The notes beneath the pieces are model-generated. The model did not search any database. It was not told where the DNA came from and worked only from the letters and a program-made list of their open reading frames with translations. DNA of 64,000 nucleotides from Paragordius varius (taxonomy: Eukaryota; Animalia; Nematomorpha), in NCBI GenBank assembly GCA_964247055.1, contig OZ176053.1:1984001-2048000 (forward strand). The letters run 5' to 3'. Position numbers and translations under genes: made by a program. Shown here piece after piece: positions 53,301-64,000 of the stretch (position 1 is its first letter; every line of letters begins with the position of its first letter).

Positions 53301-55754
53301 CACAAGGGCATGTGTCACATAAAAAATTGACTCAATAAACCATGAAGTAATAAAATTAATATGAAAGAATACTACCTTACCACTAGCTTAACGGCAATTT
53401 CTTTAATTTTATAACATAAATTTCGTATATTAGTAATTACATCGAAATTGGTTATTTTATAATATTTTTTAAAAAGTATTTTAAAAGAAAAAATATTTAT
53501 AAAATATTCTGTTGAAAGGTGGAAGCACAATTGAATGATTCACAATGGGGTGCATTTGCTTCGAGAATCTTGAATGAATGGAATGGACCTTACCCTAGAA
53601 ATGGAAATAAGAGTGATAAAGCCCATCCCCCTATACATCCAATTAAACATCATGCTGGTTCTTTACAAGGTTTTTATGCTTATAATCTATAAAAAAATAT
53701 ATTTTGCGACTTTCTTTAATCTATTTGAGTCTTGATAGTACGATTTGTTAAAATACAAGGAAAATGGCTAAATAACGAAATTTATTAGAAGTTCCATATA
53801 TTTTTAGTCTAATTTTTTTGGTTTGTGGATGCGAAATAAGGGGGAATATTGATTGGTTATACATTTAATTTAAATTTCACCAACGTAATTTGGTTATTTT
53901 GATCATGGTTTTTGATATGACAATACTTTTTTCTATTGTTTTGTCTCTATAAAATTTTGACTTTTACTGGAACTTTTTTCAAAAATAAATTATAAATGGA
54001 TATTATTATATTGGAATGAATTTTAGTCTTTAAAAACACCCCAAAAAAATAAATTTATTTTATTTAACTATTTCATTTACTTTTGCTTTTAAGGTAAAGA
54101 GTGGCAAATTTATGAATTGGTTACTCGTCATTTCTTAGCTTGCGTTAGTCAAGATGCCAAAGGGTCAGGGACGCATTTGGAATGCCTTGTGGCAGAAAGT
54201 GAACAATTCACGGCAAATGGACTTATGATTTATGAAAGAAATTACTTGGATGTTTACCCTTATGAAACATGGTCTGCTAAGGTATGTACTCATATATATA
54301 TATATATATATTTTGTAACTAATATGCAACTTTTTATTACATTCATTATCATACACATTCTTTTATCCATTCCAAATTGCGTTTATCTCTTGTTTGAATG
54401 TATACTAGTGTTTTATATGAGGCATTGGTCGCTCAGCTTTATAACAATTTGGTAAAGTTTTGCATATTCAAAGAAACACTTTTTTGAAGGTTTTATATAA
54501 AAAAATGGATTTTGCATTTATTTAATTTTATCAATGTCCAAATATCGTCATATACACTCTATCTCTCAATATGCAAAAAAGGCATACTATTATGGCGTTA
54601 TTTGAAAAATAGGGTGTAAATTGAAACTAATTAATATTATTACAAACCCAAATTACAGTGATAAAACTAACGAAAGAGTAATGTATTGCTCAACCCTTAA
54701 CTAAATTATATTTCCTATTGTTTAAAGACAAAAACATATTGATCTATAATGGTAAACTAAAACAAAAAAAATTATTAATAATCCGCTATCATAAAGACTC
54801 GAATTTAATACTAAATCAACATTTGTTTCCAAACACTGTCATGTTTTTTATACAATTAAAACATGTAAATGTTTTTACGGAACATTTTTAATTCCCTATA
54901 ATTTTATATACTAACTTGAGCAAAAAAGTAAATATATAAATAGCATTCATGGGGTTTAAACCGGTTATACCGTTATTGAATCTGTTTTTAGACTTTACCC
55001 ACACTCCAAGTTGGGTCAACATTCGTACCTCATAGATTAGAGATGCGAGAAAGTGCTACGAAACCACCACCCCTTTTAACAGAATCTGACCTGATAACAC
55101 TCATGGAAAAACATGGGATAGGGACGGATGCAACGCATGCTGAACATATCGAAACTATACAGGCACGCCAATATGTCGGTTTGGTTCCTTTATGTAAGTT
55201 TTTTATTATAGCACATTGATTATATAAAATGAGAGCATAGTTATTAATATTTTATACTCTTATATTCTAAAAATTTGATATGTAGAAAATCTAATGATCA
55301 CATTTATAATTATATGAGTTAATAAAGGAAAAAAAGGTAAAAATTAAAACTAATGAGACAAAAAATAAGTTAAAATACTAAAATTTTGAATAGGGTATGG
55401 AAATTATATATGTTGAACCGTATATTTTTATGTATGGCGTATCGTTTTAGATAATTGCGATATAAGATTAAAAAATGTAAATTGGCAGACTCAATTTTAT
55501 ATTTCATAAGTGAAATAAATCTAGGACCTATAAAAAATTCAGGATAAAAATAGGATTGTATTTTTAACTATTTTGGCTTTAAGATTTAAATTTATGGGTT
55601 TATCTTTTACCAGTAACGAAAGCTTTTTTGATGCAAAACATAGCGTCTAGCAAATATAGGCAACATTAAACACAAAAGTATGCTAAATAATGTTGTTAAT
55701 TAACGGATAATTTGCAATAAAGGTAGGAAAAAACGCAATTTATTGATTAGGTTT

Positions 55755-55794
<40 letters not shown>

Positions 55795-58700
55795 CAAACT
55801 ATTGACGGCTGTTTTTGTTTGACCAGGCATAAAATAGGAACAACTTTTACTTTCTAACTCTGTTCAAATCTTTCTGATCAAAATTAAGTGCTATTCATTA
55901 AACTTCCAATCAACTCGACTATTGGTTTAGCTGAACAATCAGTCAGGAAAACATGGTTAACATACATGGGTTTACTTGTCAAATTTGAGTTTAAAGAATG
56001 AACATTATTACATTGTGTGGTGGTGAGACTAACACACTTTTTGGGTGCGATTTGACATGATGATGTTGGTAAAACAACAGTAGTTATACAAAATATACGT
56101 GGGCACATTGGATGTACTCCACAAAATGTTACATTGGTAAATGGCGTCTCTGCTATTAAACACGATTGATTTTGCAGAAGTAGAATATTCAAATATTCAA
56201 CAAATGATTTCCCAGTCAGCTCTTGATATTTGGGTAATGGTTCTTTACAGCAATAAACTGTTAGTGTTTTTTTACCATACACATTACATGTTAAAAGAAC
56301 TAATCTATTTGGTTTTGCATTTATATCGACAGCAGGTCCAAACGATGATTTATTTGAGTTACTGTTTCTCCAGTTTTTACAGTCGTCGGCATTTAAAGCA
56401 AACCAACAAGCCGAATTCATATAACTTATGGCAAATTCAATACCAACTGCATTGTTAACCTTTTTAGATCTCAAGTGACGACATAAGAAGTGCACATCTT
56501 TGCTAACTTTAAGTTTTTCCTGGTATATTATACGTTCTGATTCAATCATATCGGCTCTGATAAAGTTTTTGGATGAAATTATATAATCTTTAAAGACACT
56601 ATTTTTTGGATTTTCTATCAGGACACCTTTAAATATTTGTGTGTAATTATTTGTTTCTGGTATGGTTGTGATTTTGCTCACACAAAAAATGTCTCCAATT
56701 TGTGGTTCAAGTCTTTTTGAAACCGATTCTGTTGGTATTTCCGTTTTCTCTCTAGTTCTTTGTATAGTTTTGTAAAGGGTGGGCTCATATTCGCTTTGAA
56801 GCGTTAGACATCGTATGACACTGTGTGATATTAATATGGGATCATGTACCATTACAATTATATTGAATAGATCATAGGGCAGATGCGTGACAGGATTTAG
56901 GATTCGTTTAATCTATTATTTTGGGGGTATAAAAATAGCATGTATGTGATTGCTATATATAAAGTATACCATTTACAATTCAATTTCACCCCTAAACAAT
57001 TTAAATTTACCCTCGAACAATTTAAATTAACCCTCGAACAATTCAAATTCACCCTCAAATAAAATGTATGTTTTTTAAGATCAAAAATTACCTATATTTT
57101 ATATATTTTCAAAAATAATAATTTTGTTTTAAATTAAAATAATCAAAAAAAATAATAAACTATACCATAACATATATTTCATATTAATAATGAGTTATAT
57201 TAGTTCGAAAACACATAATTTATTTTTAGGGTTAATTTGAATTGTTTAAGGGTGAATTTGAATTGTTCAAGGGTGAATTTGAACTGTAAATGGTATTTCA
57301 TAAACATCTTACCAGTTGTTTATCATTCCTAGTATTAATAACCACCTCCCAACTCGCCATTGGGTGTAGTACATTATCAGCGTATGGTATGTAATAAAAG
57401 ATTGGACTTCTGTCATACAAATCATTGCATGTCAACTCAGTCAAGACTTGGTAAATAAAGAGGTATTGTTCAAACGTTTGTACCATATCAACACGAAATA
57501 ATCGGAGTGTACTTACACATTTAAATACATTAATCGTCTTGCTTTGAGGCTTATGAGTTGGATGATCATTGCCCGACATGAGTGAATCTAGGGCTATAAA
57601 TGCCCCTGTTCTACCCACCCCTGCACTGCAATGTACAACAAGGGGAGTATGCGAAATCCTGGCTTCATAATTATTTCCCAGCTTAAAAGTCCGGTAAAAT
57701 GTTATGAAACTAATCATATCAGTCGGTATAGTATGATCAGGCCACATTTTGTAATAGTAATGTCGTACAATTCTACGATTCCACGCACATGTGAGAGATT
57801 GTACATTGCCGCGATCAATGTATTCCATTTCGATATCACTAATGGTATAATCATGTGTCACTTTTTGACCAATGAGCTATATGGGTTCGGATAATTAGAA
57901 ATTAAGGATAATTTTTAAGTTTGTTTTATCCTAATAAAAAACATTTATCTAAAAGTGTTTCATTATCATCATTTGTTTAAGCGTTTAAGCCAGGCGTGTT
58001 CGGCTTAAATTCGCGGACCGCATTTTTGACTCAATAAATCCGGCATGCCGCAATTGAATTATTAGATATGAAACATCAGGCTGTAAAATTTGGAATACAA
58101 TATAATTTTTACTAGTTAATAGCCTATTAGATACATATATTCAGATTTGTTCAGAAATTATCTGCTAAGATTTCACGATCATTCTTATTATAAACCGAAC
58201 GCTCGCGTGTTAAACACCCCTGGTTTAAACATTCTACTAAATCTAAATTCTCATATTTTCTATTGTAAATTTACGTCTTAAAATTAAATCACTTACGGTG
58301 AGTTTGAGGGTATTGTTGGCAACATACATAACATTGGATGCAATTTCATTAAGCGGACAAGGCCAATATTGGGTACACTTTGTTCCACCCTTATCCTCCA
58401 AATTGGTTAACATTACAATCTTGGCACAGTCATGATACCAAATCATGGACCAAAATTCATCAATCGTTTCTTTCTTTGGGGCTTGACATGCAATGTAAGC
58501 TCTAACTACTGATTGAGATTGAGACCTTGTAGTAATAAAATTGGCATTGATATAACCATTGCAGAGTAGTTTGATAGAATCTGCTTTAGTATAGGCATAG
58601 GGTGGAATAGGAACTATGGAATGATCATACGGAAGGATATTCAGGTATCTATTACATTGTTTTACACTGGGATCCGCTCCTAACATGTAAGTAAAGTTGA

Positions 58701-61700
58701 AATTATTGGGTAACTTATTGAATTGTTTAAAGATGTGTGCCATATGGTGTGTAAGATATTTTGGTAATTGGGTAATGGGTATATCTTCATCATATTTTAG
58801 TGGAGTCATAAGTAGTTTACATGCAAATTAAAATTATTGAGTGTTACCATTGAGATTATGAGTGATTAGTATTAGTATTTTTTTGGTTTTATCCTGTGAA
58901 TATGTTCAATATATTCTATTTTACTAAATATTTTACAATGGCCAGCACGACAATAGAATGCATTGTTCTTTTGACCAAGTATGTAAAAACTATTATTTTA
59001 TCTTTTCATAGCTCACTTTAATAAGGGTAAGATTAATATAATTTTGCGCAAACATTAAATAGTAATTAACACTCATAGGTTAAATCATGGCGTGGGATCA
59101 ACTTTAAATTATAGGTGTAATTACTTTTGAATAAATTTCACCAAAATATTTTGGTCAATTGCGTATACTAAAATCACAGTATTTTACACTCTTGTGTTGA
59201 TTTAGCAATGATTATTTAAGATATATAATTGGCTTATAAATATTTCAAATACCCCATAAATTCTAAATTTAAACCCAAGTTTATCGAGTTCAGGGATTTA
59301 TAAATAATGTCTTAAAAATGTTATATATAAATACTAATATTAAGATTAAACTAGACTTTTTTCTTATGTTAAACTAAATTTTCTCTTCTTACAAAACCCC
59401 ATTTTTACATAAGGGCTAATTTAGAAATATACTTATAATAAAAAAGAGTATGTAGTCTTTTACATATAATTTTTTTATCTTTACATATCAAATTATTTAA
59501 TGTATGTATGTTATATGTATAGCACAACAAGATTATGATTTAAGGTTATCCAACGTTAATGAATCCAATGGGACCAACCATAATGAAGAATTTTTTGAGG
59601 AAATTGAATTCCTGCAAGACGACGATGTTAATTCATCAAACTCTAACAAAAGCAATAACAAAAAGAATAAAGGGAAAAAGAGGTCTAAACCCTAAAAATA
59701 CCCAAGAAATTTAGACACTATGAAATCTAATTAACTCTTCAGAATTTTAATTTTAAGATTCGACTTTCACATTTTGGTGACTTCTGTAAAATACCCAATT
59801 TATATTTAAACGCACATTTTAAGACGAACAGATATTTTAATCTAAATTTTGAGGTGTTCATCATCAAATTATCCAGAAAATATATTGTTATAAGATAAAA
59901 AACTGTTTTGTTGGTAAAAAAATTATTTTTTTAAATTAAAAAAAATAAGTTTTTCATTTTAGGTATTTAGGATATATTTGATATCTTTTTCGTCAATCCA
60001 AAAATTACAATGATAAAGCTTTGGTTTGAGTTAAGTCAATGCGAAAAAAATATATTTTTTAATGGCTAAATCATACCTGGAAAAAATTTAATATTCAGTA
60101 AGTTTTTATTTAAACCTAATAGTATAACATAACCTATCTTTGTGGCCATACAAATATTATCAATTTAAATTGGTAACGCACAATTTAGTTTGGATATCAA
60201 CAAAGTCCTTATTATATAGGTTAAATAAATTAGTTAATAATACAAAAATATTATTCAATGGAAAAAATTAAATGTTTGCAAACAAATGGATTAATCCTGC
60301 CTAAATTGTCTACATTACATAAAATTTAACCTAAAAATCAGATACATATAATAATTATTTTTTAATAACAATTAACCCGTATAATCGGTAATAAGACCAC
60401 CACCTCTAATATTTAAAAATAAAAAACTAAATCTTTATCTATATAAATTTAACATTAACTTTGTTTTTTAGCACAACAGGTAATAAAGGCAGTAACAGTA
60501 TTATGGGTTTCTTACCCGGGAAATTAGGGATGGGTTTAGTTGAAGGTTATAATCAAACTGGGTATCCGCTTGCTAAGCCACAGTTGCGCTCTGAACTAGA
60601 AAGAGATCTCATAGCTATATGTGAAGGCCGAAAAGATAAAGACACTGTACTCATGCAACATTTGGAAAATTATAAAAAGGTTGCAAAGTAGTATAGTTTT
60701 TAAAAACCTTTTTTTTGTTCCTTATACTTTATTTAAGGGGCCTAAATTTAGGCATATTCTCTGAAAATGTGGTTCAGATAAAATTTTGATTGTTTGTTTG
60801 AAGTGAATTACACATAAATTCTCAACTTATTCCATATAGCCTTTACCGCAAGAGTTTTCTATTACCAAATATTGATAATGTCTTTTAATCATGCAATAAA
60901 TTTATTTTATTTTTTCCTTTTACTTACTTTACATTACGTTTTTCAATTCTAATCAGAAAATTTGCCTGTTTTAAGCTTCATCATTTTAAATACAACATAT
61001 TAGATTTATATTGAAGTTGAAAAAAAAATTGAGGTTTTGGATCGAACCATGGAAAAATATTTTGGGAGACCTGATACGAATGTTAATTTGCCAATGACTA
61101 CAACCTCAGAAACTGAGGTAATAATATAATGAATTAATAAAGTGATAATTTTGGGAATAATGGATAATCTTTTGTGTTGTAATTTTTCAGAATGGTTTGC
61201 ATACATTTTGCTACAAAAATATTTTTTTACTGTTTTTTTAAGATATTAATAAATGTAGTACATATCTGCAAAATATTAATTTAAATATAAAATATGAATA
61301 TAGAACTCTACGGTTATTGATTAAAGTTAGATATACATATATATGCCTTTTTCCTTATATCTTTTATATTTCCTCAGTGGCTTTCTCTTGTAATTAGGTT
61401 TTTATCAAAATTTACCTAACAATATCCGTTTAATATATTTTATTTTAATTTTTAAGACCTATATCAAATTAATATATACTAAATGTATTTTACCATAATT
61501 GATTTATCAAAACCAAAATTTTTATATATGCTACACATTTGTTAATAAATTTTTTATGATTTATAGATGAATCGAGATATGTCTTGGTTAAATGTTCCAA
61601 TACGACCATGTCTATCGTGCAACTCTCACATGACTCTGAAAAAAGTTGCACCTAAAAACGATCTCACAAAGTATAAAAACATTTTATTTAAGATTTTCCA

Positions 61701-62967
61701 TATTTTTAATCGCATATTAATTTTATTATCTAATTACATTTGATAGAATTTCCCATTTTAATATAACTACATGGTGTTAAATGCTATTAGAAATTAAACA
61801 ATAAATTTATTCAAATAATAAGAATTATTAGAATATCTAAGATTTATTCAAATAACAACATATATTAAAATAATTTTGATAAATCTTATTATTTTACTAA
61901 ATTTATTTAATTAATTATTAATCATGTTTTGAGTCAATTGGATTTGTAGTTAATACTAATTAATTATCTATAGAAATGAAGTTTTTATGCTAAGTTGTGC
62001 ACGTTATCCTGAATGTAAAGTTTGTCTATGGTTCCCTAACGCCGTTAGAAATATCATATTAGAAAATGATCCAGAACATCGATTTTGCAGAGAATGCCCT
62101 GGTTTATAAACATAAATTTTTTTTTCTATTATACTGTTGAGAATTTCTTTTTTACAAATATTTATTTATCTGAGTTTCAGTGCAGAGATTTGGTTTTTTA
62201 ATAAAAAAATTTATGGTTAAACCATTTTTTATAATTTTTTCAGTCATGATATAAATATATATATAACATTTACAATTCAATTTCACTCTTAAACAACTCA
62301 AATTTACCCTTAAACAATTCTAATTCACCCTCAAACAACTCAAATTTACCCTAAAAATATATTATATGTTTTTTAAGATTAAAAATTATCTATATTTTTA
62401 AAAAATAAAGTTTTGTTTTAAATTATAATACTGAAAAAATAATAAAATATGCCACAAAGATATATTTTATATTAATAATGAGTTATATTAGTTCGAAAAC
62501 ACATAATTTATTTTTAGGGTGAATTTGAATTGTTCAAGGGTGAATTTGAATTGTTTAAGGTGAATATGAATTGTTCGAGGGTGAATTTGAACTGTTCAAG
62601 GGTGTTAAATTGTTCGAGGGTGAATTTGAATTGTTCGAGGGTGATCTTGAATTGTTCAAGGGTAAATTTGAATGGTTCAAGGGTGAATTTGAACCGTAAA
62701 TGGTATATATTAATTTCATTTTTTACTGTGAAATGGATGAAATTTTATCAATTATTTACCTTAATTATTTTTATAGATGAGAAATATCGCATTATTGTGC
62801 TTACACTTAATCCTTTGGAGACACCGGCATATGTGCCTTCAACATATCCCATGTGCCTAGGTTGTGATAATATGTTTCTCCATGCATTCGATATTCAATA
62901 TCAAAATTTAACGGGCGGAAATAGGGTCTGTACTACACCTTTGAATAGTACAAGCTCATCAATGTAA
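50399..62967 (+). CDS. TOP3A: DNA topoisomerase III alpha
   Basis: About 16 GT-AG exons: VAEKNDAAK, TSVSGHL, IWTDCDREGENIG, RQEFDLRIGAAFTRFQT, SYGSCQFPTLG, catalytic ISYPRTET, DKAHPPIHP, MEKHGIGTDATHAEHIETI, FLPGKLGMGLVEGY, and C4 zinc ribbon (CLSCNSHM...LSCARYPEC). The end may extend via a further donor. Confidence 0.96.
52152..52366. mobile_element. MITE family A copy (degraded, inverted)
   Basis: Core plus GGGTGAATTTGAATTGTTCAAGGGTGAA. Confidence 0.65.
55759..55791. repeat. (TA)n microsatellite
   Basis: Pure TA run just 3' of the nested PTP stop. Confidence 0.9.
55884..58809 (-). CDS. Tandem-domain protein tyrosine phosphatase (active-looking D1, degenerate D2-like region), nested antisense in a TOP3A intron
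   Basis: Exons 58809-58297, 57876-57313 and 56912-55884 join in phase 0 (about 700 aa). Motifs NRYLNILPYD, YINANFI, YIACQAP, IVMLTNL, KCTQYWP, WPDHTIP, VHCSAGVGRTG, VQTFEQY. An in-frame stop lies upstream of the ATG, and no signal peptide or transmembrane segment is visible. Confidence 0.88.
56967..57295. mobile_element. MITE family A copy filling most of PTP intron 2
   Basis: TACCATTTACAATTC...GAACTGTAAATGGTA, with several 21-bp units per end. Confidence 0.88.
57991..58222. mobile_element. hAT (Charlie-like) MITE in PTP intron 1
   Basis: CAGGCGTGTT...AAACACCCCTG with near-perfect 8-bp TSD GTTTAAGC/GTTTAAAC and subterminal GCGG.CCGC motifs. Confidence 0.8.
62264..62705. mobile_element. MITE family A copy with expanded right array (about 9 x 21 bp)
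   Basis: GGGTGAATTTGAATTGTTC(A/G)A repeated at 62516-62696. Confidence 0.9.
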
Positions 62968-63137
62968 ATACATTATTTTTACGTCGTTAAGCAATTGATA
63001 TACAGTAAAACTGAAATATTTTAATTACTAAACATAAAGTGTAAAAGATTTATATGATCTAAGAAAACCATATTCGCGAATTTTAATAGTGGGTTTACCA
63101 TGGAGATATAGTTTTAGTTATACATTCGATCCACATA

Positions 63138-63426
63138 TACCATTCAAATTTTACCCTTGAACAATTTTAATTCACCCTTGAACAATTTAGATTCACCATA
63201 AAAATAATGGTTTTTGGGCTAATATAACTCATCATTCATATCTAATATATCTTTATGGCATAGTTTATTAGTTTTCCAGTCTTATATATTAAATTTAAGC
63301 AAAATTACATTTTCATTAACTGTAAAATAAGGTTTTTTAAAAAACACATAATTTATTTTTAAGGTGAATTTGAATTGTTCAAGGGTGAATTCGAATTATT
63401 TAAGGGTGTTTGAACTGTAAATGGTA
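63138..63426. mobile_element. MITE family A copy (inverted)
   Basis: TA|TACCATT...GTAAATGGTA|TA. Confidence 0.85.
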
Positions 63427-63539
63427 TATATAGATTTGGAGATTTAAGATTTAATATTATAGCTTTGTACATTAAATTAAAATTATTATGAGTTTTTATA
63501 TAAATATAAGTTGCAATCTGATCAAAAATACTTCGGACA

Positions 63540-63690
63540 CGTCTTAGCGGAAGCGCCTTAGAAAAAAGCGCATTGATAATTGGAAAAAAGAGGCCAAAGA
63601 CCTATTTGTGGATGATAAAAAAATTTATGTCTTAAAAGGTTGACGATGAGGACGACCATCAACACATCATCAAAATTCTTGGATTACAAT
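63540..63690 (+). mobile_element. Possible reverse-transcriptase relic
   Basis: GC-richer island translating DLFVDD...; highly degraded. Confidence 0.25.
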
Positions 63691-63711
63691 ATTTCTTCAT
63701 TTTCTATATTA

Positions 63712-64000
63712 TACCATTTACAATTCAAATTCACCCTTGAACAATTCAAATTCACCCTCGAACAATTCAAATTCACCCTTGAACAATTCAAATTCACCCT
63801 CGAACAATTCAAATTCACCCTCGAACAATATAACTCATATTAATTATATCTTTATGGTATAATTATTTTTTTTTTCAGTATTATTTTAATTTAAAACAAA
63901 ATTTTATTTTTTAAAAATATATAAAAATATAGGTAATTTTTAATCTTAAAAAACATGTTATTTATTTGAGGGTGAAAATTGTTCGAGGGTGAATTTGAAT
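63712..64000. mobile_element. MITE family A copy with expanded left array, running off the window
   Basis: TACCATTTACAATTCAAATTCACCC followed by about 5 units. Confidence 0.88.

Noticed and set aside
62516-62696. CRISPR-like regular short repeats
   Set aside because: Head-to-tail units with no unique spacers, no cas genes, eukaryotic context.
62530-62776. ORF with NCSRVNL heptad repeats (and EQFKFTL repeats at 63640-63843)
   Set aside because: These are translations of the 21-bp MITE arrays. Only 62777-62967 is a real TOP3A exon.
1-64000. tRNA, rRNA or snRNA genes
   Set aside because: No cloverleaf, rRNA or snRNA sequence was recognised by eye. A covariance-model search (Infernal or tRNAscan-SE) would be needed to exclude them.

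Overview
AT-rich (roughly 25% GC by eye), intron-rich animal genomic DNA with no prokaryotic features. I read eight spliced genes by hand: (-) an astacin-EGF-CUB-TSP1 protein with a destroyed zinc site (160-10083); (-) an animal heme peroxidase (11277-25827); (-) sorting nexin 3/12 (27561-28325); (+) a Nit1-Fhit fusion (28417-36252); (+) a small pallidin/BLOC1S6-like coiled-coil gene (36324-36781); (-) a KIF26/kinesin-11-like protein with a degenerate P-loop (36759-44091); (+) topoisomerase III alpha (50399-62967); and (-) a tandem-domain protein tyrosine phosphatase nested in a TOP3A intron (55884-58809). Introns and intergenic DNA hold several MITE families, a 3.7-kb foldback element, a composite non-autonomous Helitron, a mariner relic and a PHD-finger RTE LINE. 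The most striking signal is the splicing. Homology requires introns of only 22-24 nt in conserved housekeeping genes, alongside kb-sized TE-filled introns. Donor sites are degenerate, and two junctions seem to need non-AG acceptors. The astacin architecture and the NitFhit fusion suggest an ecdysozoan, possibly a nematode relative such as a nematomorph; this is inference only. Exon boundaries are hand-derived, reference proteins are recalled from memory, and no searches were run.
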